In this document: piece by piece, positions 35,719 through 45,226 of the stretch
Layout: each line of letters begins with the position of its first letter
Numbering within the stretch: position 1 is the first letter of the stretch
Virus record (IMG/VR): IMGVR_UViG_3300034117_001582
Location: 227,868-291,867 of that record
Reading direction: 5' to 3' (one strand)
Length of the DNA: 64,000 nt
Position numbers and translations under genes: made by a program
Notes under the pieces: generated by a model
What the model was told of the DNA's origin: nothing
Database searches by the model: none
The model's input: only the letters and a program-made list of their open reading frames with translations

Positions 35719-36084
35719 TTAATCTTCTAATGTTGGAAAATAGTTTATCATTTCTTGTATTGTTAAACTTACTGGTAAGTCCCCTTCTATTAATGTTTCA
35801 AACAAATCCCTTGATAGTTTATTTATATAAATATCTGAAAATAATTCAGTTAAATCTGTTACGTAATCTTTATGAAAATATTCAATTCCTGTGATTTCTT
35901 TTATGTTACCCCAAGATAAAATAACCTTTTTACCTTTAAAATTACCAATAGGTATAAAATTTGGTGATGACTCGCAAATCATACCCTCATTACTATCTTC
36001 AAAAAATATAACATTTCTTTTGGGTAGATAAGTAATGTGGTAGTATTCCCTGACAAAATCTTTAACCGCATTTTTGATACTCAT
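35719..36084 (-). CDS. Hypothetical protein
   Basis: 121-aa ORF. Confidence 0.75.
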   Translation of the reverse strand: MSIKNAVKDFVREYYHITYLPKRNVIFFEDSNEGMICESSPNFIPIGNFKGKKVILSWGNIKEITGIEYFHKDYVTDLTELFSDIYINKLSRDLFETLIEGDLPVSLTIQEMINYFPTLED

Positions 36085-36104
36085 ATCATTTTAATAATAG
36101 ATAA

Positions 36105-36120
36105 TATTTATTAATAAATA
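36105..36120. promoter_or_regulatory. Perfect 16-bp palindrome giving TATTTAT on both strands between divergent genes
   Basis: tatttattaataaata equals its own reverse complement. Confidence 0.7.
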
Positions 36121-36139
36121 AACTAAAAAACTATTAAGA

Positions 36140-36739
36140 ATGGGTTACACAAGAGAACAGGTTGTGGCTGCCGTTAAAGCCAAAGGTTACGTCTACTTTG
36201 AAGACGCAAATAATAAAAGTTATGATGTTAACATCATTGGAATTAGAAACTCAACAACAGGACAAAAAGTTACGAATGTGTTTGATGATTTATTAACCGT
36301 TTCTTATAAAGACGAAACCGGTGCTTGGCATTACCACGAATGGGCTGCAACTACAGACCCAGGAACAAAGGGTGTTAAACAATTTGGTAATAAAGCTGGT
36401 GTTGCTAGACTTGTTGAAGGTCAATACAGAGGTTCACACATTATTAGATTACATGGAGGAAAATACGAAGCGTTAGGACAAAACAAACCAGTAAAGGTAT
36501 ACCGAGACGCAAACCGTGATATGGCATATGACGAAAAATTAATTCAAGAAGGTGTTTTTGGTATAAACATTCATAAAGCAGGTGCCGATTCTACATATGT
36601 GGAAAATTGGTCTGAAGGATGTCAAGTATTTAAAAAATCAGCAAACTTTGAAGAATTTATGAAAATCTGTAGAAAATCGAAAGATATTCACGGCAATTCT
36701 TTCACTTATACACTAATTGAAAGTTCAGACATTAAGTAA
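36140..36739 (+). CDS. L,D-transpeptidase(YkuD)-fold peptidoglycan enzyme, endolysin candidate
   Basis: GINIHKAG......WSEGCQV matches H...SxGC catalytic motif; ATTDPG. Confidence 0.65.
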   Translation: MGYTREQVVAAVKAKGYVYFEDANNKSYDVNIIGIRNSTTGQKVTNVFDDLLTVSYKDETGAWHYHEWAATTDPGTKGVKQFGNKAGVARLVEGQYRGSHIIRLHGGKYEALGQNKPVKVYRDANRDMAYDEKLIQEGVFGINIHKAGADSTYVENWSEGCQVFKKSANFEEFMKICRKSKDIHGNSFTYTLIESSDIK

Positions 36740-36740
36740 T

Positions 36741-36770
36741 GAAAAAGGGAAGTAAAACTTCCCTTTTTTT
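36741..36770. terminator. Bidirectional terminator between convergent genes
   Basis: aaaaagggaag taaaa cttcccttttt. Confidence 0.85.
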
Positions 36771-37089
36771 ATATCTCTTCGTTGTTATTAACAACTTTTA
36801 TTTTACCATCTTCAACTTCAACAATAATAAAACCATCACCATTTCCAAACGCCCTTATTGTTTCATCATCCAAATCAATCTTTTCAGGTTTCATTATCAC
36901 TTTATGTCTTTTGGTCATCGATAACTTTGATTCTTGTATTAATTTAATTTGTTCATCATTTTTACATTCAACAACAGATGGATAAAAATCACCAACGGTA
37001 ACAATCGCAATATCCCCAACAGATATAGGTTCATCTGTGGTTAAGTATGGTTTTTCTTTCACCATAAAAAGTTTAAAGGTTTGTTTCAT
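36769..37089 (-). CDS. Hypothetical protein
   Basis: 106-aa ORF in operon. Confidence 0.75.
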   Translation of the reverse strand: MKQTFKLFMVKEKPYLTTDEPISVGDIAIVTVGDFYPSVVECKNDEQIKLIQESKLSMTKRHKVIMKPEKIDLDDETIRAFGNGDGFIIVEVEDGKIKVVNNNEEI

Positions 37090-37390
37090 CTTTTTTGTTA
37101 TATACTAAACTATATCCGTAATTACCACACGCATCACATTTATCATAATCTTTCGATTCATCATCATTCATTTCAAATTCATCAGATCGACTGGTAATGA
37201 TTTCAGCAATCGCCACCCAATCCATTATATCCAACTTATCTTTTATTTCATCTAATTTTAAAATAAACGTCGATTTAAGATTGTTAATATACTCAGGACT
37301 CCTATTGTCGTATTCATGAGTAAATAATGATTCACCATCTACTAAAACATCATGACCTAAACATGCCTCACTAATTTCTATTTTTTTCAT
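37073..37390 (-). CDS. Hypothetical protein with C-terminal CxxC
   Basis: CDACGNY. Confidence 0.75.
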   Translation of the reverse strand: MKKIEISEACLGHDVLVDGESLFTHEYDNRSPEYINNLKSTFILKLDEIKDKLDIMDWVAIAEIITSRSDEFEMNDDESKDYDKCDACGNYGYSLVYNKKDETNL

Positions 37391-37698
37391 AATCCAATTT
37401 TATATAAGGTATTTATGGTTTCAATATACTTTTTAAGGTTAACCACACTTTTTTCAAAATCAACTCTTGGTGTCTCATTAAACCTAATAGATTCCTCATT
37501 ATCATTAATTGTCTGTTCACAACTTTCTTTAATGTCTCTAATCACATTAATTAAGATGTCCTCTTTATCGTATTGTTTATTAATCTCCACTTCCATTAAT
37601 TTTCCCTCCAATTCTCTACAATAATCTATTAACTCTTGCACCTCAGGATGTTCGATTAAATGTTTATTATTTTTGAATATTTGATTTACGTTCTTCAT
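37387..37698 (-). CDS. Hypothetical coiled-coil protein
   Basis: 103-aa ORF. Confidence 0.75.
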   Translation of the reverse strand: MKNVNQIFKNNKHLIEHPEVQELIDYCRELEGKLMEVEINKQYDKEDILINVIRDIKESCEQTINDNEESIRFNETPRVDFEKSVVNLKKYIETINTLYKIGL

Positions 37699-38050
37699 GG
37701 TGTTTATTACATAATGTTTTATACCAACCTACAGACCTTAACTCTCCTTTTTCCCCACAGGTCTCACAAGTTTCATAACTTAAGTCCTCAGCAGTTTGTA
37801 TTCTTTTATAAATCTCTTCTGATGCCCCATTAATATAAAATCTTAAGCCACCAAACTTTTCCTTAACCTGGCAGGTTTGTTTGTCCCAACCTAACACTAT
37901 TAAATCGGTTATTAGGTCTTTAATTAATGGATACCAACCATCACCACACTCAAAGAACTTAGAGTCCTTAATTAGGTCTTTATCGGGATAAAAACCATTC
38001 TCAAGTCCACCTATGGACTCAAGGTATTCATTCATTTCTTTATCTTTCAT
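37667..38050 (-). CDS. Conserved phage protein (QVKEKFGGLRFY, CxxC Zn site)
   Basis: ECGDGW, QVKEKFGGLRFY, TCETCG, TLC..H. Confidence 0.8.
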   Translation of the reverse strand: MKDKEMNEYLESIGGLENGFYPDKDLIKDSKFFECGDGWYPLIKDLITDLIVLGWDKQTCQVKEKFGGLRFYINGASEEIYKRIQTAEDLSYETCETCGEKGELRSVGWYKTLCNKHHEERKSNIQK

Positions 38051-38149
38051 ACAACTTTAATTTACAGGTCCCAAATTGATTTTCGTTTCTTCTTTGGGAA
38101 CTTGAGTGATATCCACAGCACAATCTTTTGGATTATTCTTTTATTCACC

Positions 38150-38731
38150 TTAAGTCAAAAATTTTAATATTTTTTCTTTAATACCACTTTGTTTAATCCC
38201 TTCACTTGATCTTGGTGTTAATACAAAATTATCAATTGCCCAAACATCTTTCCACGGTTCACCAATTTTACCCATATTCAAATCATCAACTGAAACCCAA
38301 TGTGTAACCTCAGGATGGTCATGTAAATATTGTCTAATCTCAATAGTTCTGGTTTGTTCTAAATCCCATCGTGGTGACCATATAAAAACATTACCATGAA
38401 CCGTACAATTTTGTATATCCGGAGTTAACGCAATTGGTCGTTTAATGATACCTTGACTTTCGTAGTAATCACCAAGTTCTTCAAGAGTTGCGTGCAATTT
38501 CCAATCTGAACTTACAACTATTTCAGCACCGGTTTCTTCGATAATTTCATTTAGGACCTTAATTGCCTTTGTATCAAAGTCATCAAAACGATATTCAACA
38601 GGAGCAGTTTTTTTCTCATCACTACTTTCAGGATTTTCGCTTCTATATTTTTTCCATTTCTTTGTTCGTCCACCCCAATTATTGGATAGACAAATCACTC
38701 CATCGTGATCTAAAAATATTACTTTCATCAT
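38150..38731 (-). CDS. HAD phosphatase, Swiss-Army-knife RNA-repair type (HAD_SAK_2-like)
   Basis: IFLDHDGV, IVVSSDWK, EI..YL..HP, WVSVDD. Confidence 0.85.
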   Translation of the reverse strand: MMKVIFLDHDGVICLSNNWGGRTKKWKKYRSENPESSDEKKTAPVEYRFDDFDTKAIKVLNEIIEETGAEIVVSSDWKLHATLEELGDYYESQGIIKRPIALTPDIQNCTVHGNVFIWSPRWDLEQTRTIEIRQYLHDHPEVTHWVSVDDLNMGKIGEPWKDVWAIDNFVLTPRSSEGIKQSGIKEKILKFLT

Positions 38732-38835
38732 TTAAAGTGTTTTCCGTGTTTACCCCATATCCCAATACATAGGATTAAAACAATAAACAATATGGTCATA
38801 ATTAACATAACACAAAGATAAGTAAAAGAATTAAA

Positions 38836-38925
38836 TAAAAAAAGGGGGAGTAGCGAATTCCCCCCTTTAAATCGTTACCCTAACGGATAACGGCCCTAAA
38901 GCCCATCAACTAAGATGGGGTCTCT
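38836..38925 (-). ncRNA. Candidate small structured RNA 2 (two hairpins + terminator)
   Basis: CCCATC/GATGGG, CGTTATCC/GGGTAACG, GGGGA/TCCCC + T7; no ORF. Confidence 0.35.
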
Positions 38926-38927
38926 TA

Positions 38928-39055
38928 AAAAAAAATCCCCACATATTTCAGTGGGGATCAATTTCACCTAGGGGTGGGATTTTCAACCTGTGTCGGATTA
39001 CGCCAGACACCCTACGATTGGTATTTTTTTAATGATTGAACCAATAACAATCAAT
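38928..39055 (-). ncRNA. Candidate small structured RNA 1 between host-type promoter and terminator
   Basis: TATCTTTG 39063-70; TAGGG/CCCTA, GTGTC/GACAC; terminator CCCCAC/GTGGGG + T-tract; no ORF. Confidence 0.45.
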
Positions 39056-39078
39056 TCTTATACAAAGATAATACTTTT

Positions 39079-39582
39079 TTACAATTCTACAACTATATAA
39101 TCATTTTTACAAAAATTTTCTTCTAACCTTTCTTTTTTAGTTTTTACTTTATTAAGCAAAAAATTACCATCTTTCGAATAAGCGGAGGTAATTATTGATA
39201 GTTCATTTCCGTCCTTTTGGAGTATAAATTCAACAAAATCAAAATATTCTGAATTATTATTATTCTTAATTTTTTTTATAAAAATAATTCTATTGCTGCA
39301 CGGTTTATTTAATTTGAAACTTTCTACAATTTTTTGAATGTTATTTTTAATTGTTGGTGCCAAAATTGAGTCTGTCGCACCTATTCGATAGTCATATCCC
39401 TTTTTATCAAGTATGTCAATGTGTTTTAATAGTGAGTCATCACCATGTCTTTCAAACCACTGATGATATGTAGATATAATCTTATACATCATCTTATCAT
39501 AGACTTCAATACCTTTTTGCTTAGGAAATTTTTTTTCCTCCAAAAGATATTCTCTGAAAATTCTTTCTATTAATCTTTTCAT
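39079..39582 (-). CDS. Leader-C-like protein (MKRLIERIFREYLLEE)
   Basis: TATTTAT 39588-39594; terminator 39596-39628. Confidence 0.8.
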   Translation of the reverse strand: MKRLIERIFREYLLEEKKFPKQKGIEVYDKMMYKIISTYHQWFERHGDDSLLKHIDILDKKGYDYRIGATDSILAPTIKNNIQKIVESFKLNKPCSNRIIFIKKIKNNNNSEYFDFVEFILQKDGNELSIITSAYSKDGNFLLNKVKTKKERLEENFCKNDYIVVEL

Positions 39583-39650
39583 ATTCTATAAATATAAAAT
39601 CCCCACTTTTTTCAAAATGAGGACTTTTATATAGTTTGCGGAACTAAAAA

Positions 39651-40232
39651 TTATTTTCTATCCATTCTTGATTTGTCGGCGGCCTTGTAGTGAAAACCGG
39701 TTTTATACTTATCATATCCACCTCTTTTAAAGAACGCAGAGTCTTTTAAAGTCACACCCAACAAAGAAACAATACCAGCAACAAGAGCGGCTCCACCACC
39801 AATAAACATCGCGGCCGGCACAATTCCTAAACCAGCTATCAAACTAGTATTTTGAACAATTTTATCTAAAATTCCTCTTAATTTCATTTCAGTTTCACTC
39901 ATTCCGTATTGTTTTTCAAAATCCTCATACATCATTTCGTCAACTTCTGAATAATTAGCATCTTCCTCTTCCATTTGTGATACCACATCCATCAACATGT
40001 CTTCTAATTCATCTTTACCTTTACGTTTCATTAAATCACTAAGGAATCTCATTTCAGATGGTGAAATAGTATGTTGTAGTTCTTCTTTAGCGGTTTCTAA
40101 ATCCATTTTAGAAAAATCCGATTCCCCTTCCATTTCTTGGGAGTCTGCCATCCATTGTTCTTCATCTTCTTTGATAATTCTTTTTACCAAATTAATAAGT
40201 TCGGATTCTGTTAGTCTTATAGTTCTTTTCAT
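39651..40232 (-). CDS. Leader-A protein, acidic with C-terminal hydrophobic hairpin
   Basis: MKRTIRLTESELINLVKRIIKE; LIAGLGIVPAAMFIGGGAALVAGIVSLLGV. Confidence 0.87.
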   Translation of the reverse strand: MKRTIRLTESELINLVKRIIKEDEEQWMADSQEMEGESDFSKMDLETAKEELQHTISPSEMRFLSDLMKRKGKDELEDMLMDVVSQMEEEDANYSEVDEMMYEDFEKQYGMSETEMKLRGILDKIVQNTSLIAGLGIVPAAMFIGGGAALVAGIVSLLGVTLKDSAFFKRGGYDKYKTGFHYKAADKSRMDRK

Positions 40233-40258
40233 TTTTTTATAGTTTTATTATAAATACT

Positions 40259-41176
40259 TTATAGTTTTAAAATATCTCCAATTTTTACAAAATCATCATT
40301 AAATTCTTCCATTCGCATTCTATCTTCATAATCGTAGTCATCAATATCATTATAATTAGTGATAATTAATTCATATGAAAATGCGCTATCGTTAGCATTT
40401 AATTCTTCAAATTTTTCTAAAGTCATTTCGGTGTCTTCAAACTTTTTAATTTTTGAACCTAGCACAACAATACTCATATAATTTATATTAAAATAGTCTT
40501 CGGTAGATTCTTCTTGTCCACTACCATCACAATTTGAACATTGAACATCACCATCTCCACCACAATCACTACAGGATAAAGTTTGTGATCCGTCACATTC
40601 ATTACATTCATAATTACCCTCTCCACTACAATTTGAGCAAGCTTCTTTACCCGAACCATCACAACTTGAACATTCAACTTCTATCTCTTCACCTTCATCG
40701 TCATAATCAGTTTCTTCACCAGAACCATCACAATTTGAGCAATCTTCTTTACCCGAACCATCACATTCGTAACAATCTTCTTTACCCGAACCATCACAAC
40801 TTGGGCATTCAACTTGTCCATCTCCATCACATTCGTAACATCCCTCTTGACCTCCACCATCACAGTATGAACAATCCATGGTTTTTTTGGTTAACTCAGT
40901 AAAAATTTGAATTTGATATTCATAAAGATTACTAATAATTTTTACTAAACCGTCTGTTGGTATTTTTGGGTTTCTAATCATAAAGTAAGTAGCAAAAATA
41001 GTTTTTGTTCTTTCTCTATGTGTGTTTAGTTTAGAAAATAAAACATTAACCAAATGGTCATTGTCTGAAATACGTTTTAGATTGTTTAACGTTTTTATAC
41101 CCATACCTTCACTTTCAATATAATTTTTGAAAGTTTTAGCAATTGATAATATTTTTCTTATCTCTTCTTGATTCAT
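40259..41176 (-). CDS. Protein with ten CxxCxGx(G) repeats (DnaJ-type Zn finger array), no J-domain
   Basis: 11-aa period; no HPD; start reassigned to 41176. Confidence 0.85.
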   Translation of the reverse strand: MNQEEIRKILSIAKTFKNYIESEGMGIKTLNNLKRISDNDHLVNVLFSKLNTHRERTKTIFATYFMIRNPKIPTDGLVKIISNLYEYQIQIFTELTKKTMDCSYCDGGGQEGCYECDGDGQVECPSCDGSGKEDCYECDGSGKEDCSNCDGSGEETDYDDEGEEIEVECSSCDGSGKEACSNCSGEGNYECNECDGSQTLSCSDCGGDGDVQCSNCDGSGQEESTEDYFNINYMSIVVLGSKIKKFEDTEMTLEKFEELNANDSAFSYELIITNYNDIDDYDYEDRMRMEEFNDDFVKIGDILKL

Positions 41177-41192
41177 ATAAATAAATATATTA

Positions 41193-41231
41193 AAAAACAA
41201 AAAACCCCACCATTAAAATAAAGAGGGGTTT
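41193..41231 (-). terminator. Cassette-type terminator
   Basis: aaaaacaaaaaaccccacc...gaggggttt, same family as 1173/2298. Confidence 0.75.
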
Positions 41232-41241
41232 ATATTATTTA

Positions 41242-41424
41242 TTAATCAACAGTATCTATTAAATAGAAACTATATTGTTCATTTTCTATGTGGTAATTCC
41301 CTACTTTAACAATAGTTGAATCTTTTTGTGTGTCATATGAACTATATGCGTCGCAACCAGCTTTAGATGTTTTACAGGACATTAAAATAACAACAAGTCC
41401 AAGTAAATAAATTAGTTTTTTCAT
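41242..41424 (-). CDS. Small lipoprotein
   Basis: MKKLIYLLGLVVILMS-C lipobox; start reassigned to 41424. Confidence 0.7.
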   Translation of the reverse strand: MKKLIYLLGLVVILMSCKTSKAGCDAYSSYDTQKDSTIVKVGNYHIENEQYSFYLIDTVD

Positions 41425-41462
41425 TTTTATATTTTTTATGATTTTATTTTCTCTCATAGTTC

Positions 41463-41639
41463 TTAAGTTTTTTGTAATTCTTCCCAATCTTCTTTTTTTA
41501 CCGAAACTCTGATACCATCGATATTAAAAAATACCTCATTAGTAAATATCATAGGTTTTTCTATTTTTTTAGGGTCTACCATAATTCTAGTATAATAAAC
41601 ACTTTCATTTGCAAATCTTACGAACACTTCTTTTTTCAT
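41463..41639 (-). CDS. 58-aa hypothetical protein MKKEVFVRFANES...
   Basis: Manual translation; ATGA overlap with 41636..41845. Confidence 0.6.
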   Translation of the reverse strand: MKKEVFVRFANESVYYTRIMVDPKKIEKPMIFTNEVFFNIDGIRVSVKKEDWEELQKT

Positions 41640-41845
41640 TTTTTTTCATTTTCAGAAAAGGTTGATGTTAGAATACCTAACTCTAAAAGAACTAATAATA
41701 CTCTACCCCACACATTTTGTGTTAACCACCACTCTAATGGGTTAATATTAGCATATATTGTTGAAAATATTAAAAACCAAAAAAGATTTTTAAATATTAA
41801 CTCGGTCAAAACTAACCCAGTTGGTTTATCTGTTTCCATTTTCAT
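41636..41845 (-). CDS. Two-TM small membrane protein
   Basis: Two hydrophobic segments. Confidence 0.7.
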   Translation of the reverse strand: MKMETDKPTGLVLTELIFKNLFWFLIFSTIYANINPLEWWLTQNVWGRVLLVLLELGILTSTFSENEKK

Positions 41846-41892
41846 AATTTGTTATTTTTTTAATAGTAAGTAATAAAAGTGACCCCATCAAG

Positions 41893-43011
41893 TTAATGGG
41901 AGTCACCTACGTTATGTTTTTCACTAAATATGCTATAGTCAGGATTAATTACTTTACCTACTTTGTGTCTATCACCAGTAACAGATTTAACAACTACACC
42001 TTCGTGAGGAACTTTGGTTCCCTCTATATTATTATTAAATACGTATTTATCTTGTTTTTCTTTGCACCAAGTCCCCAAATAAAGAACCTCAACTCTTTGT
42101 AACCCCAAAGATTTGAAGACATTCTTTTCATCGTAATAAGGTCTGTAATTACCATTTAATTCAACATCAAAACCAGCAAATTTAACATCAGTTAAACCAT
42201 AATCATAATTTTTTTGTATACCATGACCATATATCTCACCATAGATGATTAACCCATCACCCAAATAGTCAGGACGACTATATGTCTTAACATAATCCCA
42301 TAGTTTATCTTTTATTTTGTAATTATCTGCGACAGTTCTCCAAACATCGGTTTCATAAAAACCTTGAGAGTCAGAACCTTTCTCTACATTGTGAGACCCG
42401 TAAACATATTCATACCCAGCCCATTTGTTTCCAAAGAACTTTTTAACATAGTCCCAAAAAGATAATCTTTTCTTTTTAACAATACCATAACGAGCATTTG
42501 TTCCGTGAAGTTTACGAGTGATAGTAACTATGTCTTCCTCGTTAAACATTTCAGGTGCGTTCTTCAAGTTAGGAAACTTGTAGTAGATATGGAAGTTAGG
42601 GTTTTGGTGGTACTTAAATTTTCTACCCCCACTTAACTGAACCATCTTAACAGGTGGTTCGTATTTGAACACTTCAAGTAACTCCATGCAGTCAGAACCA
42701 TCGTATCTGTATTCCTCAGGAACAAAACTTATTGGTATTATTAAACATTCAGAATAAACCTTACGAAGTTTTATAGTTCTTACTCTCTGACCCTTACGAA
42801 GATAACTTGTAACACCTAATTCATCAGAAAGTTTTTGTGGTATAACCGCATCGGTAGTTGCAACAACAACTAAATCACCTTCTGTATATTCACCTTTTTT
42901 AGTTATAGCGTTCCAACCATTAACGATTGCAAGCTCTATGTTGTCAGCACCTTCTATTGTCTTAACCTCTCCGATTGCACCAACATAACATACACTATTT
43001 AAATTTTCCAT
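41893..43011 (-). CDS. ATP-dependent RNA ligase, DRB0094 family
   Basis: N-terminal OB-like (EGADNIEL..V.GW, RVRTIKLR..YSE), motif I TRKLHGTN, IYGEIYG, FAGFDV, HEGVVVK. Confidence 0.88.
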   Translation of the reverse strand: MENLNSVCYVGAIGEVKTIEGADNIELAIVNGWNAITKKGEYTEGDLVVVATTDAVIPQKLSDELGVTSYLRKGQRVRTIKLRKVYSECLIIPISFVPEEYRYDGSDCMELLEVFKYEPPVKMVQLSGGRKFKYHQNPNFHIYYKFPNLKNAPEMFNEEDIVTITRKLHGTNARYGIVKKKRLSFWDYVKKFFGNKWAGYEYVYGSHNVEKGSDSQGFYETDVWRTVADNYKIKDKLWDYVKTYSRPDYLGDGLIIYGEIYGHGIQKNYDYGLTDVKFAGFDVELNGNYRPYYDEKNVFKSLGLQRVEVLYLGTWCKEKQDKYVFNNNIEGTKVPHEGVVVKSVTGDRHKVGKVINPDYSIFSEKHNVGDSH

Positions 43012-43014
43012 TTC

Positions 43015-43275
43015 TTATACTTTTTCAAATTCTTCTTTAACTAAATTTATTTCTTCATCCAACTTTTCAAGTTCTTTAATCATCATTTCTTTTATAATCT
43101 CTTTATCATATAATCCGACTTCACCTGGCGTTTGGAATTTACCTCCATACGTATACTTAATCGTAACCCCCAAACTACAAGATTTAAGTGCGGATTCTAA
43201 TTTATGTTTCCGTGTTTTTAACCTTTCAAGGTTTTCTTTAACTTTTTTTGCTTGTTCAAATTTTTCTAATTCCAT
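43015..43275 (-). CDS. Hypothetical coiled-coil protein
   Basis: Start reassigned to MELEKF at 43275. Confidence 0.7.
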   Translation of the reverse strand: MELEKFEQAKKVKENLERLKTRKHKLESALKSCSLGVTIKYTYGGKFQTPGEVGLYDKEIIKEMMIKELEKLDEEINLVKEEFEKV

Positions 43276-43285
43276 AACTATTTTT

Positions 43286-43708
43286 TTATACTGTATGTTC
43301 AATTTTAACTCTTACACAATTTTGTTCCATTCTATTCAAGTGTCGGTAATTGTTGATGTAACCCATCATGTTTCCACTACCCACCGCATTTGCTGAATGT
43401 ACTACAACTTCAACAATATGTTTACCATCTAACCATTGATTAACTAACCACTTGGTGCAATCCATACCAGTTTTTTCGGTGATGTTATCGTAATTGATAG
43501 TATAGTTTTTTACAACTCCGTAATGCCATTCTCTCATTGCGGTATCACCCAAATCATGATCCAAAGATATTAGTTCAATGTTCTCCAAACCAATTTCATT
43601 TATCTTACTAACAAATTCATCATAAGAACGAACAACAATCCAACTTGGATCTACCGGTGTACGAACATCATCTAGATAGATTCTGTATTTTTGTTTTTCT
43701 AATTCCAT
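43286..43708 (-). CDS. Cyclic-phosphate-processing receiver-like domain protein
   Basis: IYLDDVR.P, VRSYDEF, ISLDHDLG, KTGMD, VHSAN.VG; TATATTTG 43713-20. Confidence 0.82.
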   Translation of the reverse strand: MELEKQKYRIYLDDVRTPVDPSWIVVRSYDEFVSKINEIGLENIELISLDHDLGDTAMREWHYGVVKNYTINYDNITEKTGMDCTKWLVNQWLDGKHIVEVVVHSANAVGSGNMMGYINNYRHLNRMEQNCVRVKIEHTV

Positions 43709-43732
43709 ATCACAAATATATTAATTATTTTT

Positions 43733-44257
43733 TTAATCTTCACCATCTTCTTCAGAATATTTTACCTTCATAGATCTTGGTTCAACAAAATCCCACTTAT
43801 TACTTTCAAACTCTGTAACCCATTCATTAACATCTTCTCTTGTCCAATGTGGAGCAAAAGAAGGACGATACTTAAATGGTAAATTTTTACTTTCATCCCA
43901 CTCATCAAGTCGTTGTGTTACATCTTCAATAAGATTTTTACTTTTAGTGTGTTTAATCCACTCTCTGTAATCGTCCTCAGATTTAATAAACATAACGTCA
44001 CCATAATTTTCAAACTCCATTTCAGAAAATTCTAAATTTGGATTGTTGGTATAAACATCAACAATACCATTGTCACCGTAATATGAATCACAAAGTTCTC
44101 TTAAACCATATAAACTACTTGGTTTTTCTTCCCATACACTACCGAACTGACGAACAGAACAGATATACAAATACCCATCTGTGTAGGAATGTATTTTTCC
44201 TTGAATTTCATTTCTTAATGAAATAAGTTCGTCCATTGTTAATTTGTCTAAATTCAT
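43733..44257 (-). CDS. Hypothetical protein
   Basis: 174-aa ORF. Confidence 0.75.
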   Translation of the reverse strand: MNLDKLTMDELISLRNEIQGKIHSYTDGYLYICSVRQFGSVWEEKPSSLYGLRELCDSYYGDNGIVDVYTNNPNLEFSEMEFENYGDVMFIKSEDDYREWIKHTKSKNLIEDVTQRLDEWDESKNLPFKYRPSFAPHWTREDVNEWVTEFESNKWDFVEPRSMKVKYSEEDGED

Positions 44258-44559
44258 TTTGCGTATTTTCTAATTAGTTTAAAAATTTCTGTAATATCCG
44301 TAAACTCGGATGGTGGACTATCGTTTCTACCCGGTAAAAATATTAATGTAAATCCGTGATTCCCTTCAAACTTTTCAGTTACTCTTTTACCACAGATTTC
44401 AGTAATATATACCCAAGGAAAGTTTCCTGATAGTTTTACATCAATACCAATTTTTTTCAATCTTTCTACAAATACCGTGATTTTATCACCAGTTAATTTT
44501 GTGCTTGTTTCTGTTTCCATATCTATATATGTTCCAAATTTAGTTTCTATTGTTTTCAT
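44254..44559 (-). CDS. Hypothetical protein
   Basis: 101-aa ORF. Confidence 0.75.
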   Translation of the reverse strand: MKTIETKFGTYIDMETETSTKLTGDKITVFVERLKKIGIDVKLSGNFPWVYITEICGKRVTEKFEGNHGFTLIFLPGRNDSPPSEFTDITEIFKLIRKYAK

Positions 44560-44819
44560 TTAATTAATTCTAAAAATATTATTACAACAAAGGACCCAAA
44601 CAAATATCCAAGTCCCGAACATAATGCCAATCTCATTCTTTCCTTCCAAGTTTTTGACTCAACCATAAATCCCACGAAAGGTAGTGATAAAAATGGTCCG
44701 ATGAATGCAAAGAACAACATTCCAATATAGTTCTTGTCAGCAACAACTGTAATGTAAAATGTGCTTCCAATCTCTAATATAAGTGCCGAAAAGAAAACAA
44801 TCAAATATTTTTTAATCAT
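44556..44819 (-). CDS. Three-TM small membrane protein
   Basis: Hydrophobic segments. Confidence 0.75.
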   Translation of the reverse strand: MIKKYLIVFFSALILEIGSTFYITVVADKNYIGMLFFAFIGPFLSLPFVGFMVESKTWKERMRLALCSGLGYLFGSFVVIIFLELIK

Positions 44820-45037
44820 CTAAGAACGTATCTATGAATTACTATTACCAGATTACCACCAAATAACGCTCGGTCTGTTTGAATGTCAATCTCCATCATA
44901 CCCAAGTCTTCCTTGAGTCTGTTAGCTTGTACCCCAACTTCGTGTTCAGCGTCTTTTTCATTTTTGAAAAAACCAAAGTAGGAATCACACCCACCTGTTT
45001 TATCACATACTCCGTAAATCATCTCTCTTTGATCCAT
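44816..45037 (-). CDS. Hypothetical protein
   Basis: 73-aa ORF. Confidence 0.7.
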   Translation of the reverse strand: MDQREMIYGVCDKTGGCDSYFGFFKNEKDAEHEVGVQANRLKEDLGMMEIDIQTDRALFGGNLVIVIHRYVLR

Positions 45038-45194
45038 AACATTCTAATTTTTTATCTGTAACATTCCATAAATCTTTAACACCCTCCGTCATATGACAAT
45101 TATGTTTCTTACCAGTCCTACGACCAAATTCAACAATCATATCATTATGACGATTCTTAATAACGTGGGGACATTCTTTGCACGGTTTTTTCAC
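45003..45194 (-). CDS. Small Cys/His metal-binding protein
   Basis: CKECP...HNCHM...C; TATATTTG 45199-45206. Confidence 0.7.
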   Translation of the reverse strand: MKKPCKECPHVIKNRHNDMIVEFGRRTGKKHNCHMTEGVKDLWNVTDKKLECYGSKRDDLRSM

Positions 45195-45226
45195 AATACA
45201 AATATAATAAATAAATTTAGATTAAA

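Noticed and set aside
38950-39030. tRNA gene
   Set aside because: No anticodon arm, non-canonical T-loop, no CCA; no canonical tRNA recognised anywhere in the window.
925-41200. Longest-ORF starts in the track for 925, 4350, 5519, 9419, 22326, 34585, 40259
   Set aside because: The extensions translate the terminator/promoter block (MGFF..., MFY...); the conserved leader or the motif spacing points to the downstream ATG.
43263-43709. Shared ATGGAATTAGAAA start of genes 43015 and 43286 as another leader family
   Set aside because: Only 14 nt (MELEK), two copies, no E-site pattern; may be chance or a local duplication.
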